Below are positions 39,748 through 49,306 of a stretch of 64,000 nt of DNA, in pieces (within the stretch, counting starts at the first letter, position 1; the number at the start of each line of letters is the position of its first letter). Origin of the DNA: Bacteroidota bacterium. Its GTDB lineage: Bacteria > Bacteroidota > Bacteroidia > Bacteroidales > GCA-2748055. The stretch spans positions 5,440 through 69,439 of the forward strand of contig JBMOLL010000071.1 in assembly GCA_049325415.1 (NCBI GenBank), given 5' to 3'. The notes below the pieces were generated by a model, which saw nothing but the letters and a program-made list of their open reading frames with translations, had not been told where the DNA came from and searched no databases. A program made the position numbers and the translations under genes.

Positions 39748-42336
39748 TCAGTTCCCGTAAATCAGCCCTGATCCGTCGCTGGAGATCACCACCGGTTTAC
39801 CGCTGTTGATCTCATCCGAAAGTATTTTCCTCGACAGTTCATTGATCAGCTGACGCTGAATAATTCTTTTCACGGGCCGTGCCCCATAGGAGGGATCGTA
39901 ACCCTTTTCAGCCAGATAATCGATGGCATCCTCCTTGATCCTCAGTTCAATACCCTGATCCAGTAGACGCTTTCTTACCAGGGCAAACTGCAGTTCTACA
40001 ATCTGCCTGATCTCCTCCCTTGTCAGAGGTCTGAACATGATCACATCATCGATCCTGTTCAGGAATTCAGGACGAATCGATTTCTTCAGCATGGCAAACA
40101 CTTCATTTCGGGTATCTTCGTAGATTGCCTCCCTGTTTCTGTCGTCGAGCATTTCCATCCGCTCGGTGATGATCTGTGAACCCAGGTTGGAGGTCAGAAT
40201 CAGGATGGTATTCCGGAAATTAGCCGTACGCCCCTTGTTATCCGTCAGCCTGCCTTCATCCAGAACCTGAAGGAGGATGTTGAAGACATCGGGATGGGCT
40301 TTCTCAATCTCATCGAGCAACACTACAGAATAAGGTTTGCGCCGCACCGCTTCGGTAAGCTGCCCGCCTTCTTCATAGCCAACATAACCCGGAGGAGCAC
40401 CTACCAGTCTCGATACGGCATGCCGTTCCTGGTATTCCGACATATCAATGCGGGTCATCATATTCTCATCGTCGAAAAGAAATTCGGCAAGTGCCCTGGC
40501 AAGTTCTGTTTTTCCCACGCCGGTCGTGCCAAGGAAAATAAAGGAACCAATTGGTCTTTTTTCATCCTGGAGACCGGCCCGGCTCCGCCTGACCGCATCG
40601 GCCACGGCGGTGATCGCTTCATCCTGACCGATCACCCTTTTATGCAACTCCTGTTCCAGGGTAAGCAGTTTTTCTTTTTCGCTTTTCAGCATTTTCTGCA
40701 CCGGAATACCTGTCCAGCGGGAAACAATCTCTGCAATATCCTCCTCACTGATCTCCTCCCGGATCATGGCGTGATCCTGCTGCAGGGCTGCCAGTTGCTC
40801 GCCCAGCTCGTGAATCCGGGATTCCACCTCGCGGATCTTACCATACCTGATCTCGGCAACCACTCCGTAATCCCCTGCCCTCTCGGCTTCAGAAGCTCGC
40901 TGCGAGAGTTGTTCCAGTTCCTGCCGCCCGGCAACAATAGCATCGATAAGTTTTTTCTCCGACTGCCACCTGGCCCGAAGCTGGTTCCTGTCCTCCTGCA
41001 GACCCGCGATTTCGCGGATCACCTCATCCAGTTTCGGGGATTTTCCTTCCCGCTTGATCCCTTCCCGTTCAATTTCCAGCTGCCGGATCTTCCGCTCAAT
41101 GCTGTCAATCTCCTCCGGTACGGAATTCATTTCAATCCGCAGCCTGGATGCTGCCTCATCGATCAGATCGATCGCCTTATCGGGCAGATACCTTTCCGTG
41201 ATATACCTCCTTGACAGTTCAACGGCTGCAATCAGAGCCTCATCCCGGATCCTGACCTTGTGGTGGTTTTCATATTTTTCCTTCAGGCCGCGCAGAATGG
41301 AGATGGCGCTGTACTCATCCGGTTCATCCACAATAATGGTCTGGAACCTCCTTTCCAGGGCTTTATCCTTTTCAAAGTATTTCTGATATTCATCCATGGT
41401 AGTTGCCCCGATGGCGCGAAGCTCCCCTCTTGCCAGGGCCGGTTTCAGGATATTGGCCGCATCCATGGCCCCTTCACTTTTCCCTGCCCCCACAAGGGTA
41501 TGGATCTCATCAATGAAAAGGATGATCTCACCTTCCGCACCGATCACCTCACGGACAACCGATTTCAGTCTTTCCTCGAACTCGCCCTTGTACTTCGCCC
41601 CGGCAATCAGCGCTCCCATATCCAGGGAATAGACGACCATGTTTTTCAGGTTATCGGGAACATCACCGTTTACGATCCGGAACGCCAGGCCTTCGGCAAT
41701 GGCTGTCTTACCCACACCGGGTTCGCCGACCAGGATCGGATTATTCTTGGTCCTCCTGGTCAGTATCTGCAGTATCCTTCTGATCTCATCCTCACGGCCG
41801 ATCACGGGATCCAGCTTGCCGCTTCGGGCCTGTTCATTCAGGTTAATAGCGAAACGGTTAAGCGACTGATAATTACTTTCTGCCGACGGATTATCCACTA
41901 CCGATCCCTTTCTGAGCTCGCTCACGGATTTTGCCACGTCTTTCCGGTTCAGCCCGGCACTTTTCAGCAGGGCGGCAACACTGTCGTTGCCCTCCAGCAG
42001 GGCCATAATCAGATGCTCCAGCGAAACATACTTATCCCCCATCTTCTGCATGATCTTCAGCGCTTCCTGTAAAGTTGCCGATGCCTGTGATGACAGGTAC
42101 TGCTCACCGCCGGTGACCCTGGGAACTGAAGAAAGGATTCCGTTCAAACCGTTTTCAAGCTGTTGCACGGAAGCACCGGATTTCCCAAGCAGATAATTCA
42201 GAACATCCTGACCTTCCGTTAACAGTGCCTTTAGCAGGTGAGCCGTTCCGACCTCCTGATGACCCAAGGTTCCAGCCACATTAAATGCCGACTGAATAAC
42301 TTCCTGAGACTTTATCGTAAACTGATCAAGTTTCAT
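39748..42336 (-). CDS. clpB: ATP-dependent chaperone ClpB
   Basis: The start is taken at [12 protein letters not shown] (42336). It has two AAA+ modules (GEPGVGKTA and GTTGVGKTE) separated by a long coiled-coil middle domain. Confidence 0.95.
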   Translation of the reverse strand: MKLDQFTIKSQEVIQSAFNVAGTLGHQEVGTAHLLKALLTEGQDVLNYLLGKSGASVQQLENGLNGILSSVPRVTGGEQYLSSQASATLQEALKIMQKMGDKYVSLEHLIMALLEGNDSVAALLKSAGLNRKDVAKSVSELRKGSVVDNPSAESNYQSLNRFAINLNEQARSGKLDPVIGREDEIRRILQILTRRTKNNPILVGEPGVGKTAIAEGLAFRIVNGDVPDNLKNMVVYSLDMGALIAGAKYKGEFEERLKSVVREVIGAEGEIILFIDEIHTLVGAGKSEGAMDAANILKPALARGELRAIGATTMDEYQKYFEKDKALERRFQTIIVDEPDEYSAISILRGLKEKYENHHKVRIRDEALIAAVELSRRYITERYLPDKAIDLIDEAASRLRIEMNSVPEEIDSIERKIRQLEIEREGIKREGKSPKLDEVIREIAGLQEDRNQLRARWQSEKKLIDAIVAGRQELEQLSQRASEAERAGDYGVVAEIRYGKIREVESRIHELGEQLAALQQDHAMIREEISEEDIAEIVSRWTGIPVQKMLKSEKEKLLTLEQELHKRVIGQDEAITAVADAVRRSRAGLQDEKRPIGSFIFLGTTGVGKTELARALAEFLFDDENMMTRIDMSEYQERHAVSRLVGAPPGYVGYEEGGQLTEAVRRKPYSVVLLDEIEKAHPDVFNILLQVLDEGRLTDNKGRTANFRNTILILTSNLGSQIITERMEMLDDRNREAIYEDTRNEVFAMLKKSIRPEFLNRIDDVIMFRPLTREEIRQIVELQFALVRKRLLDQGIELRIKEDAIDYLAEKGYDPSYGARPVKRIIQRQLINELSRKILSDEINSGKPVVISSDGSGLIYGN

Positions 42337-42548
42337 CTTCGATGTTTTTCTCCCTTCCGGCAAAATACGGTCCAATTCCTTCGCGTGTCATTTTGTCTCG
42401 AAAAATCGCCGGGGAAGCTGTAAATTTGACAGGGCCGGCAAAACAGGGATCCAATTACCGTCCGGGTATTCAGTATTTTAACAAACAAAGCCTTTGCGGA
42501 GACCGGGAAATGGATTACTTTCGCGGTAAACAAAACCAAAGCACGATT

Positions 42549-43019
42549 ATGAAGAAATTACTGTTTTTATTTGCTGTGGTCACTCTTATTTCCGCCTGCA
42601 ACAGGGGCCAGGAAAAGTCTGCAGCCAAAGCTGAAGAGATAAGCACCGTAACGGTAAGCCAGATCCTTGCCGATCCTGCCGCACTGCTTGATAAACAGGT
42701 GAGTGTTACCGGTATGGTTACGCATGTCTGCAAACACGGCGGACAGAAACTGTTTATTATCGATACGGATCCCGAACAGCAGGTACGGGTAAATGTCGGC
42801 GAAGGGATACCCGAATTCGACGTTGCACTGGAAGGCAGCACGGTTACTTTCAAGGGAGTATTCAAGAAACTTACGCCCGAGGAACAAACTGCCATGCAGG
42901 GAGAGAACAAGGAAATGCACGAAGAGGAGCATGCCAATCCTGAGGCACATGCTGCGGCTGAAGAAGCTGAGTATTTCATCGAAGCCGTTTCATTTGAACA
43001 GGTTCCTTCAGCACAATAA
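42549..43019 (+). CDS. Lipoprotein of unknown function (OB-fold-like core, His/Glu-rich tail)
   Basis: The start is taken at MKKLLFLFAVVTLISAC (lipobox Cys). The central part, VSVTGMVTHVCKHGGQKLFI, is beta-rich. The C-terminus is MHEEEHANPEAHAAAEEAE. Confidence 0.6.
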   Translation: MKKLLFLFAVVTLISACNRGQEKSAAKAEEISTVTVSQILADPAALLDKQVSVTGMVTHVCKHGGQKLFIIDTDPEQQVRVNVGEGIPEFDVALEGSTVTFKGVFKKLTPEEQTAMQGENKEMHEEEHANPEAHAAAEEAEYFIEAVSFEQVPSAQ

Positions 43020-43039
43020 GCCCTTTATTTTAACTTATA

Positions 43040-43070
43040 CAGCCGGACCGGTTTCCGGCTGTTTTTTTTT
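43040..43070 (+). terminator. Intrinsic terminator after the lipoprotein gene
   Basis: 8-bp stem cagccgga/tccggctg with a 6-nt loop, followed by a T9 run. Confidence 0.7.
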
Positions 43071-43075
43071 AAGCT

Positions 43076-43642
43076 ATGAACTGGAATAAACTTAACCGCT
43101 GGATCCACAGGGAATTCGGGTATTTCTTTTTCGGAATGACCGTCATATATGGCATTTCCGGCATTGCGCTCAACCACAATGTCGCCCACCGCTGGAATCC
43201 CTCGGTGGTGACCCGAAGCAGTGAACTTCAGACGGAAGCCCCTCTGAACAGGGAAAAGATCAACAAAGAGTGGATCAATGCGCTGCTCGCAAAAGAAGAA
43301 ATCGAAAACCCGGTGAAGCAGTATTATTTTCCCGACAATGAAAACCTGATCATCTACCTGAAAGACGGGCATATTTCACTGAATCTTGAAACCGGAAAGG
43401 GAAGTCTTACCACGATCAGGAACCGTCCGGTATTCCGTGAAATGAGTTTCCTTCATTATAATAAGTCTAAGAAACTCTGGCTGTGGTTTTCCGATCTTTA
43501 CGCAGGTTCGCTGGTACTGCTTGCAATTACCGGATTGTTCCTTGTTAAGGGTAAAAAAGGTCTTCGGGGCACAGGTGGCATCCTGATGGTCGCCGGCATC
43601 CTGGTCCCGCTTATTTTCCTGGCGCTCTACCTCTGGTTCTGA
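43076..43642 (+). CDS. PepSY-associated TM helix family membrane protein
   Basis: 188 aa. The N-terminal WNKLNRWIHREFGYFFFGMTVIYGISGIALNH and the C-terminal TM helices fit the PepSY_TM-like pattern. Confidence 0.72.
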   Translation: MNWNKLNRWIHREFGYFFFGMTVIYGISGIALNHNVAHRWNPSVVTRSSELQTEAPLNREKINKEWINALLAKEEIENPVKQYYFPDNENLIIYLKDGHISLNLETGKGSLTTIRNRPVFREMSFLHYNKSKKLWLWFSDLYAGSLVLLAITGLFLVKGKKGLRGTGGILMVAGILVPLIFLALYLWF

Positions 43643-43762
43643 CCATACTTTTCTTACTGCCTGAATTTCTGCTTTCACTGATGGTTTTTCAGTGATTTCT
43701 TCCTAACTTCGGTCGTGATTGTATCTCTGTTCCAGGTGTGAATCCTATAAACTAACCTTATC

Positions 43763-46700
43763 ATGAGCGAGCAGATCCTAAAAGCGCTGATGCAGTTATT
43801 TGCCATCATTGCCCGACCTGAAAGCAATGCCACCGAGCGCAGATCAGTAGTCGAATCATTTCTCCGGCGTCAGCTCAACCAGGAACTGGTTGATGCCTAC
43901 CTGGAGGTATTCGATGGCTACTACCGCCGGTTTATGGAAGAAGAAGAGGAAAAAAGCGGCCGGAAAAGGAGTCTTCTTTCCAGAAGGTCTGTAAGGGTAC
44001 TGAAAATCTGTACCGAGATCAACGAGGAACTGACGCAGCAACAGAAATTTGTTGTGTTGATCCAGTTGCTTGAATTCATCAAATCGGATTTTGAGGAGAT
44101 CACCGAACAGGAAATGGAGTTTGTCACTACAGTGGCCGACACCTTCCATATCACCATGGAGGAATACAACTGTATCAGGGATTTTGTGATCGAGAACAAG
44201 GAACTCCCTTCCTCACCCTACTACATGTTTGTTGACGGTACCAGCGGGGAAAACCTGCCAGAAGGTACCAAGCATATCAAGCGGGATGCCCTGTCGGGTG
44301 AGATCCGTTTTCTTTATATCCCCTCAAACAACCTCTACTTTGTCAAGTACATCGGACAAAGTGAAATGTACATGAACGGCCAGCTGGTGGAACAATACAA
44401 AACCTCCCCTTTCAACACCGGATCGTCCATCAGGAACCAGCAGATTGTACCGATTTATTACAGCGATGTGGTAAGTTTGTTTGTAGGTGACCGCGTAAAG
44501 ACACGAATTGTTTTTGAGGCTGATCATATAGGATTCCGCTTCGGGAACGGAGCCATTGGTCTGCATGATATATCGTTCACCGAGCAATCGGGCCGCCTGG
44601 TAGGGATCATGGGAGCCAGTGGTGCGGGTAAATCCACCCTGCTGAATGTCCTGAACGGATCCAGCAAGCCGACCTCAGGCCAGGTGCTCATCAACAGCGT
44701 CGATATCCACAGCGGCGACCCGGCACTGAGCGGGATTATCGGGCATGTATCCCAGGACGACCTTCTGATAGAGGAACTCTCGGTTTTCCAGAACCTGTAT
44801 TACAATGCCAAGTTGTGTTTCGACAATTACAACGAAGAGCAGCTGACCGAGGTGGTCCATAAGGTTCTTAAAAACCTGGGACTGTTCGAGATCAGGGACA
44901 TCCAGGTTGGCTCTCCCCTGAACAAGAAGATCAGTGGTGGGCAACGTAAAAGGCTGAATATTGCCCTGGAGCTGATCAGGGAGCCCGGGGTCCTTTTCCT
45001 GGATGAACCGACTTCCGGACTCTCGAGCCGTGACAGTGAAAACATCCTGGACCTACTCAAGGAACTGTCGCTCAAGGGGAAACTGGTCTTTGTGGTAATT
45101 CACCAGCCTTCCTCCGATATTTTCAAGATGTTCGACAGGCTCCTGATCCTTGACACCGGTGGCTACCTGATCTACAACGGTAACCCGATCGATTCGATCA
45201 TGTATTTCAAATCGAAGGTGCAGCATGCCGACTGGAATGAAAGTGAGTGTCCGACCTGCGGGAACGTAAATCCCGAACAGGTTTTTAACATTGTTGAGAC
45301 CAGTGTACTGGATGAATACGGGAAACTCACCCATACGCGCCGGATCTCGCCTCTTGAGTGGAGCAATTATTTCAGGGATGAATACCGGGAAGCGGAGAAA
45401 CCCTCGGCAGCAAAAAGTGACCTTCCCGAGATTTCATTCAAGATCCCCGGGAAATTCAAACAATTCATGGTATTCCTGAAAAGGGATGTTCTGAAAAAGC
45501 TGAGTGACACCCAATACCTGGTTATCAATTTCCTTGAGGCACCGATCCTTGCCTTCCTGCTGGCCTACATCGTCAAGTATTACAGTGTGAGTATTACTAA
45601 CCAGTTTGGTTACACCCTTGCTGAGAACGATAACCTTCCGGTCTACATTTTCATGTCGGTCATTGTCGCCATTTTCATGGGACTGACCGTCAGTGCGGAG
45701 GAAATTATAAAGGACAGGAAAATCCTCAAGCGGGAAGCATTTCTGAACCTGAGCTGGTCGGGCTATCTTTTCTCCAAGGTGGCCGTGCAGTTTCTTTTAT
45801 CGGCCATACAGGCCTTTACATTTGTGATTATCGGGAACTCGATCATGGAAATCCACGGAATGTATTTCCATTACTGGATTATGCTATTCTCTGCCTGGGC
45901 CGGAGCCAACATGCTTGGTCTGCTCATCTCCGACAGTTTCAAAACCGTTGTCACCATTTACATTCTTATTCCCTTCCTGGTCATACCGCAGATCATACTC
46001 AGCGGCATTATTGTCAAATATGAAAAGCTGAATCCCAAGATCTCGAACCCGAGCAGTATTCCTATTTACGGGGAGATCATCACAGCCCGCTGGGCTTATG
46101 AAGGCCTGGCCACCTGGCAATTCATGGAGAACGACTACCAGAAAATATTTTACAATTGGGATAAGATTATGAGTAATGCCGGCTACAAGTCGGATTTTCT
46201 GATCAAGGACCTGCAGAACAAACTGGATTTTGTCGGCGGGAATTACCGCAACAGCGATGCGGTGGAAAAAACAGCCTATTATATCGGTGTTCTGAGAAAC
46301 GAAATTATTAAGGAGCAGGATGCACGCACCATCCTCAAGACGTATTACGATCCGACGGAGCTGTTCCGGATGAAATACGTTGATCAGTTATACCCCGACA
46401 AAATTACCGACGAGGTACTTTCCTATACGGCCAGTTATCTGAACGCCCTGAAAGACTTCTATTCCGAGACCTATAAAACCGCCTATAACAGGAAAAATGA
46501 GATCAGGCAATCCATGAACCTCGATGAATTGCAGGCATTAAAACGCAGGTATTCGAATGAAAGCCTGGAAGAGTTTGTCACCAATAAAAACGAGTTTGAA
46601 AGGATCATAGAGTACAAGGGACGGCTGCTGCAGAAGGTTGATCCGATTTACCTGGATCCTACTCGCAGGATGATCAAGGCACATTTCTATGCTCCCCGAA

Positions 46701-46858
46701 AGATGGTATTCGGAACCTTCTTTCCCACTTTCTGGGTGAACCTTGTGGTGATCTGGGTCATGACCATCATGCTTTACCTTCTGTTGTATTTCAGGGTACT
46801 GAAGAAAGCCCTTGACATGTTTGAGCACATCGGTTCAGGTAAGTCGCAGGGGACATAA
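43763..46858 (+). CDS. Fused ABC transporter (ABCG/ABC-2 type ATPase plus permease) with TerB-like and FHA-like N-terminal domains
   Basis: 1031 aa in five parts:
- Residues 1-145 are a helical, TerB-like two-repeat region.
- Residues ~150-265 are a beta-rich, FHA-like segment (SGEIRFLY...MYMNGQLV).
- The ATPase has Walker A GASGAGKST, signature ISGGQRKRLNIA and Walker B VLFLDEPTSGLS.
- An ABC-2 type membrane domain follows.
- A ~250-aa C-terminal extension ends in a TM helix. Confidence 0.85.
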   Translation: MSEQILKALMQLFAIIARPESNATERRSVVESFLRRQLNQELVDAYLEVFDGYYRRFMEEEEEKSGRKRSLLSRRSVRVLKICTEINEELTQQQKFVVLIQLLEFIKSDFEEITEQEMEFVTTVADTFHITMEEYNCIRDFVIENKELPSSPYYMFVDGTSGENLPEGTKHIKRDALSGEIRFLYIPSNNLYFVKYIGQSEMYMNGQLVEQYKTSPFNTGSSIRNQQIVPIYYSDVVSLFVGDRVKTRIVFEADHIGFRFGNGAIGLHDISFTEQSGRLVGIMGASGAGKSTLLNVLNGSSKPTSGQVLINSVDIHSGDPALSGIIGHVSQDDLLIEELSVFQNLYYNAKLCFDNYNEEQLTEVVHKVLKNLGLFEIRDIQVGSPLNKKISGGQRKRLNIALELIREPGVLFLDEPTSGLSSRDSENILDLLKELSLKGKLVFVVIHQPSSDIFKMFDRLLILDTGGYLIYNGNPIDSIMYFKSKVQHADWNESECPTCGNVNPEQVFNIVETSVLDEYGKLTHTRRISPLEWSNYFRDEYREAEKPSAAKSDLPEISFKIPGKFKQFMVFLKRDVLKKLSDTQYLVINFLEAPILAFLLAYIVKYYSVSITNQFGYTLAENDNLPVYIFMSVIVAIFMGLTVSAEEIIKDRKILKREAFLNLSWSGYLFSKVAVQFLLSAIQAFTFVIIGNSIMEIHGMYFHYWIMLFSAWAGANMLGLLISDSFKTVVTIYILIPFLVIPQIILSGIIVKYEKLNPKISNPSSIPIYGEIITARWAYEGLATWQFMENDYQKIFYNWDKIMSNAGYKSDFLIKDLQNKLDFVGGNYRNSDAVEKTAYYIGVLRNEIIKEQDARTILKTYYDPTELFRMKYVDQLYPDKITDEVLSYTASYLNALKDFYSETYKTAYNRKNEIRQSMNLDELQALKRRYSNESLEEFVTNKNEFERIIEYKGRLLQKVDPIYLDPTRRMIKAHFYAPRKMVFGTFFPTFWVNLVVIWVMTIMLYLLLYFRVLKKALDMFEHIGSGKSQGT

Positions 46859-46910
46859 AGCTGCTTCCATTGAGGAACATACTGTTTGGAAGCCGGACCT
46901 GTATGAGAAA

Positions 46911-46944
46911 AATAAAAAAGCCGTTTCCCTGTAGGAAAACGGCC
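46911..46944 (-). terminator. Intrinsic terminator downstream of the SiaC-like gene (shared spacer with the convergent ABC gene)
   Basis: Stem gccgtttcc/ggaaaacggc with one bulge and loop ctgta. On the minus strand it is followed by ttttttatttttc. Confidence 0.6.
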
Positions 46945-46967
46945 TTAATATGTTTGATCTGCCGGGA

Positions 46968-47348
46968 TTATTCGACGATTTCAATCATTTTGAAAGGAAC
47001 CCTGATAATCGATTCATAATCTTCACCGGCTTCCAGCATATCCTCGTCATCTTCTTCGTAGTACCAGTTGATGATTACTTCATTTTTGCCTTTATGAATG
47101 GCTTCAAGTTTTTTAAACACATCCAGGATGCACTTTGAAGAACTGGTATTGAAATACTCGAGCTGTACATTTACCTGGGTAAGTTCCATCGGTGTAGAAC
47201 TGTAATTCTCAAGCCACTCAACAAGAGGTTTATAGAACTCGATGGAGTTTTCAGGAATTGAACGACCCTTAATCTCAATAACACCGGACTGTCCGTCAAA
47301 TTTTACACTGGGGGTTTTAGCTGTTCCTTCTATCAACAGTGGTTCCAT
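46968..47348 (-). CDS. SiaC-family regulatory phosphoprotein (DUF1987)
   Basis: 126 aa. TPSVKFDGQSGVIEIKGRSIPENSIEFYKPLVEWL and LEYFNTSSSK (Thr68) match the DUF1987/SiaC pattern. Confidence 0.8.
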   Translation of the reverse strand: MEPLLIEGTAKTPSVKFDGQSGVIEIKGRSIPENSIEFYKPLVEWLENYSSTPMELTQVNVQLEYFNTSSSKCILDVFKKLEAIHKGKNEVIINWYYEEDDEDMLEAGEDYESIIRVPFKMIEIVE

Positions 47349-47364
47349 ATTCTAAAATTTTAAG

Positions 47365-47925
47365 TTATTTCTCAACAAAATCAATAAATACATCCAGGTT
47401 AAAGAAGTAATACTGATCGTTATACTTCATAAATGTGTAATCCAGTTTGTTCCCCGTTTTCCTGGCAATATCCACAAGCCCGAGACCACCACCTCCCTTT
47501 TCAGAGAGTTTCTGGTGATTCAGGATAAACTTGTACAGATCCTTCAGCTCATCCTTTGACATGGAATTGATCTTATCGATCTTATTCTTAAGGAATTCAA
47601 CCTTGTCGGGAGTAACGAAGTTACCGGTTGATATTTTGTAGTTCTCGCTGGTACGAGATACAACGAGTACGCCGAATTTTTTCTCAAACTCCTTGTGCAT
47701 GCCTTCCGGCAGGGGATCGATATGATGATAAAGATTCTGGAGACTTTCCACCAGGACGTTATAGACCTTTTTCCGGATCTTGGAATCCTCACTATAATCA
47801 TCCATCCGTGATTCGACGACTTCTAAAACATTGCTTATCAGCTCACTGGAAATATTTCCCTTGTAAGCCATAAGGACATCGCCGCCGTTCAGTTTAGAGT
47901 AATACTCGTTTACATCAAAGCTCAT
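47365..47925 (-). CDS. SiaB-like GHKL-fold protein kinase (DUF6272-like)
   Basis: 186 aa with an N-box-like VESLQNLYHH and a G-box KGGGGLGLVDIARKTG, as in RsbW/SpoIIAB/SiaB-type Ser/Thr kinases. It lies 16 nt upstream of the SiaC-like gene. Confidence 0.72.
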   Translation of the reverse strand: MSFDVNEYYSKLNGGDVLMAYKGNISSELISNVLEVVESRMDDYSEDSKIRKKVYNVLVESLQNLYHHIDPLPEGMHKEFEKKFGVLVVSRTSENYKISTGNFVTPDKVEFLKNKIDKINSMSKDELKDLYKFILNHQKLSEKGGGGLGLVDIARKTGNKLDYTFMKYNDQYYFFNLDVFIDFVEK

Positions 47926-47974
47926 TTAAGCTTCTTTAGGTTGTTCAGGTTCAGAATCCTTGATCTATGAACAG

Positions 47975-48004
47975 CAAATATATAAAAAAATCTCTGTTCA
48001 CAAA
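47975..48004 (-). promoter_or_regulatory. Candidate Bacteroidota sigma-A promoter for the siaB/siaC-like pair
   Basis: On the minus strand, a -33 TTTG (48001-48004) lies 18 nt upstream of the -7 motif TATATTTG (47975-47982). The motif is about 50 nt upstream of the SiaB-like ATG. Confidence 0.4.
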
Positions 48005-48142
48005 ACAGGAAATCCACAACAATCCTGTTGTGCTCATTCCTGTCAGATCACAGATTTAAATATACTTAAAAAATATCCATACAAACCAATAATACTGCAA
48101 AAAAATAGTTTTTTTTTCAACCGCAGACCTTGTCCCTGTTGT

Positions 48143-49306
48143 TTACACCGGATTTTCGCTGGTGTTTTTAAGGAATTCGTTCCGCTTTCCGCTGAACAGT
48201 GAATAATGGAGCAGGGTGCTTTCGAGCGGCCCGTTAAAAAGCGGAATTTTCTGAGCAGGTTTAAGTCCGATCTGTTTCAAAGCATCTTTTCCTGAGGAGA
48301 TCAGCCATGCATCGGAGCCGCCGTAACCGTGCTTCAGGGTTGTACCGATACCTTTGTAAAGTTCATTGATGTCGTCCGGCCTGATCCTTTCCCCGTAAGG
48401 CGGATTCATGACAATATGTAACGGCTCCCCATCAGAAATGCTCCCGATGAAATCCTTTTGTTCCACCCTGATCATCTGGTCCATATGGCTGGATTGCACA
48501 TGATCCCGGGCCATCTTAACGTATTTCAGTTCAATATCCCTGGCGATGATCTTACCGGTGAATTCCTTCTCCGGAGGCAGATGATTCAGAACCGTTCTGA
48601 AGAGTTCCTGATCGAAATCCTTCCAGCGCTCAAAGCCAAAGTTCTTTCTGAACACTCCCGGCTGGATATTCGCCCCGATCATGGCCGCTTCGATGGCCAG
48701 GGTTCCTGAACCGCACATCGGATCAAGAAAGGTCTTTTCTCCCTTCCAGCCTGAAAGAAGGATAATTCCGGCGGCCAGGACCTCGCTGAGCGGTGCCGGA
48801 TGATTAAACTGGCGGTATCCCCTTTTATGCAGGGATTCCCCCGAGCTGTCAAGTGAAACGGTGAAGCGGTCGCCGCTCAGGTGGACATTGATCCGGATAT
48901 CCGGGTTGTCGAGACTGATATCAGGACGCGAACCGGTAGTTTCCCTGAAACTGTCGACTATTGCATCTTTAATCCTGAGGGTAATATAGTTACTGTTACG
49001 AAAAACCTCCGAAAAGGAGACCGTATCAATGGCAAAGGTCATGCTGTTATCCAGGTAATCACTCCAGCGTATTTTCCGGGCTGCAGCATATAGCCGTTTA
49101 TCGTCGAAGGCACGGAAGGTAGCAACGGGCATCAGAACCCGGAGAGCAGTCCTGAGGCAAAAATTTGCCTTATACATCATAGCTTTGTTTCCGGAGAAGT
49201 CCACTCCCCTGTTCACTGCGACAACATCATCGGCTCCAATCGACCTCAGTTCGTCGGCCAGAACTTCTTCCAGCCCTTTCAGTGTTTTGGCATGGTACCT
49301 GATCAT
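48143..49306 (-). CDS. THUMP-domain class I SAM-dependent RNA methyltransferase (RlmL/RlmK-like)
   Basis: 387 aa with an N-terminal THUMP region, SAM motif DPMCGSGTLAIEAA and catalytic NPPYGERI. Confidence 0.85.
   Translation of the reverse strand: MIRYHAKTLKGLEEVLADELRSIGADDVVAVNRGVDFSGNKAMMYKANFCLRTALRVLMPVATFRAFDDKRLYAAARKIRWSDYLDNSMTFAIDTVSFSEVFRNSNYITLRIKDAIVDSFRETTGSRPDISLDNPDIRINVHLSGDRFTVSLDSSGESLHKRGYRQFNHPAPLSEVLAAGIILLSGWKGEKTFLDPMCGSGTLAIEAAMIGANIQPGVFRKNFGFERWKDFDQELFRTVLNHLPPEKEFTGKIIARDIELKYVKMARDHVQSSHMDQMIRVEQKDFIGSISDGEPLHIVMNPPYGERIRPDDINELYKGIGTTLKHGYGGSDAWLISSGKDALKQIGLKPAQKIPLFNGPLESTLLHYSLFSGKRNEFLKNTSENPV

Noticed and set aside
40294-42072. 306-aa and 270-aa plus-strand ORFs opposite clpB
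   Set aside because: They are antisense shadows of the ClpB coding frame. Their proline/leucine/phenylalanine-rich translations are typical of reverse-frame artefacts.
42342-42548. N-terminal extension of the lipoprotein ORF, with similar extensions at 26549, 30022-30123, 32468-32500, 38782-38883, 42337-42375, 49819-49854 and 62004-62042
   Set aside because: Internal Met codons give canonical N-termini (signal peptide or lipobox, MKLDQFT for ClpB, MAKVLIA for SerA, and others). They often create ATGA-type coupling or remove implausible overlaps. The longer ORF-track starts are most likely artefacts of the longest-ORF rule.
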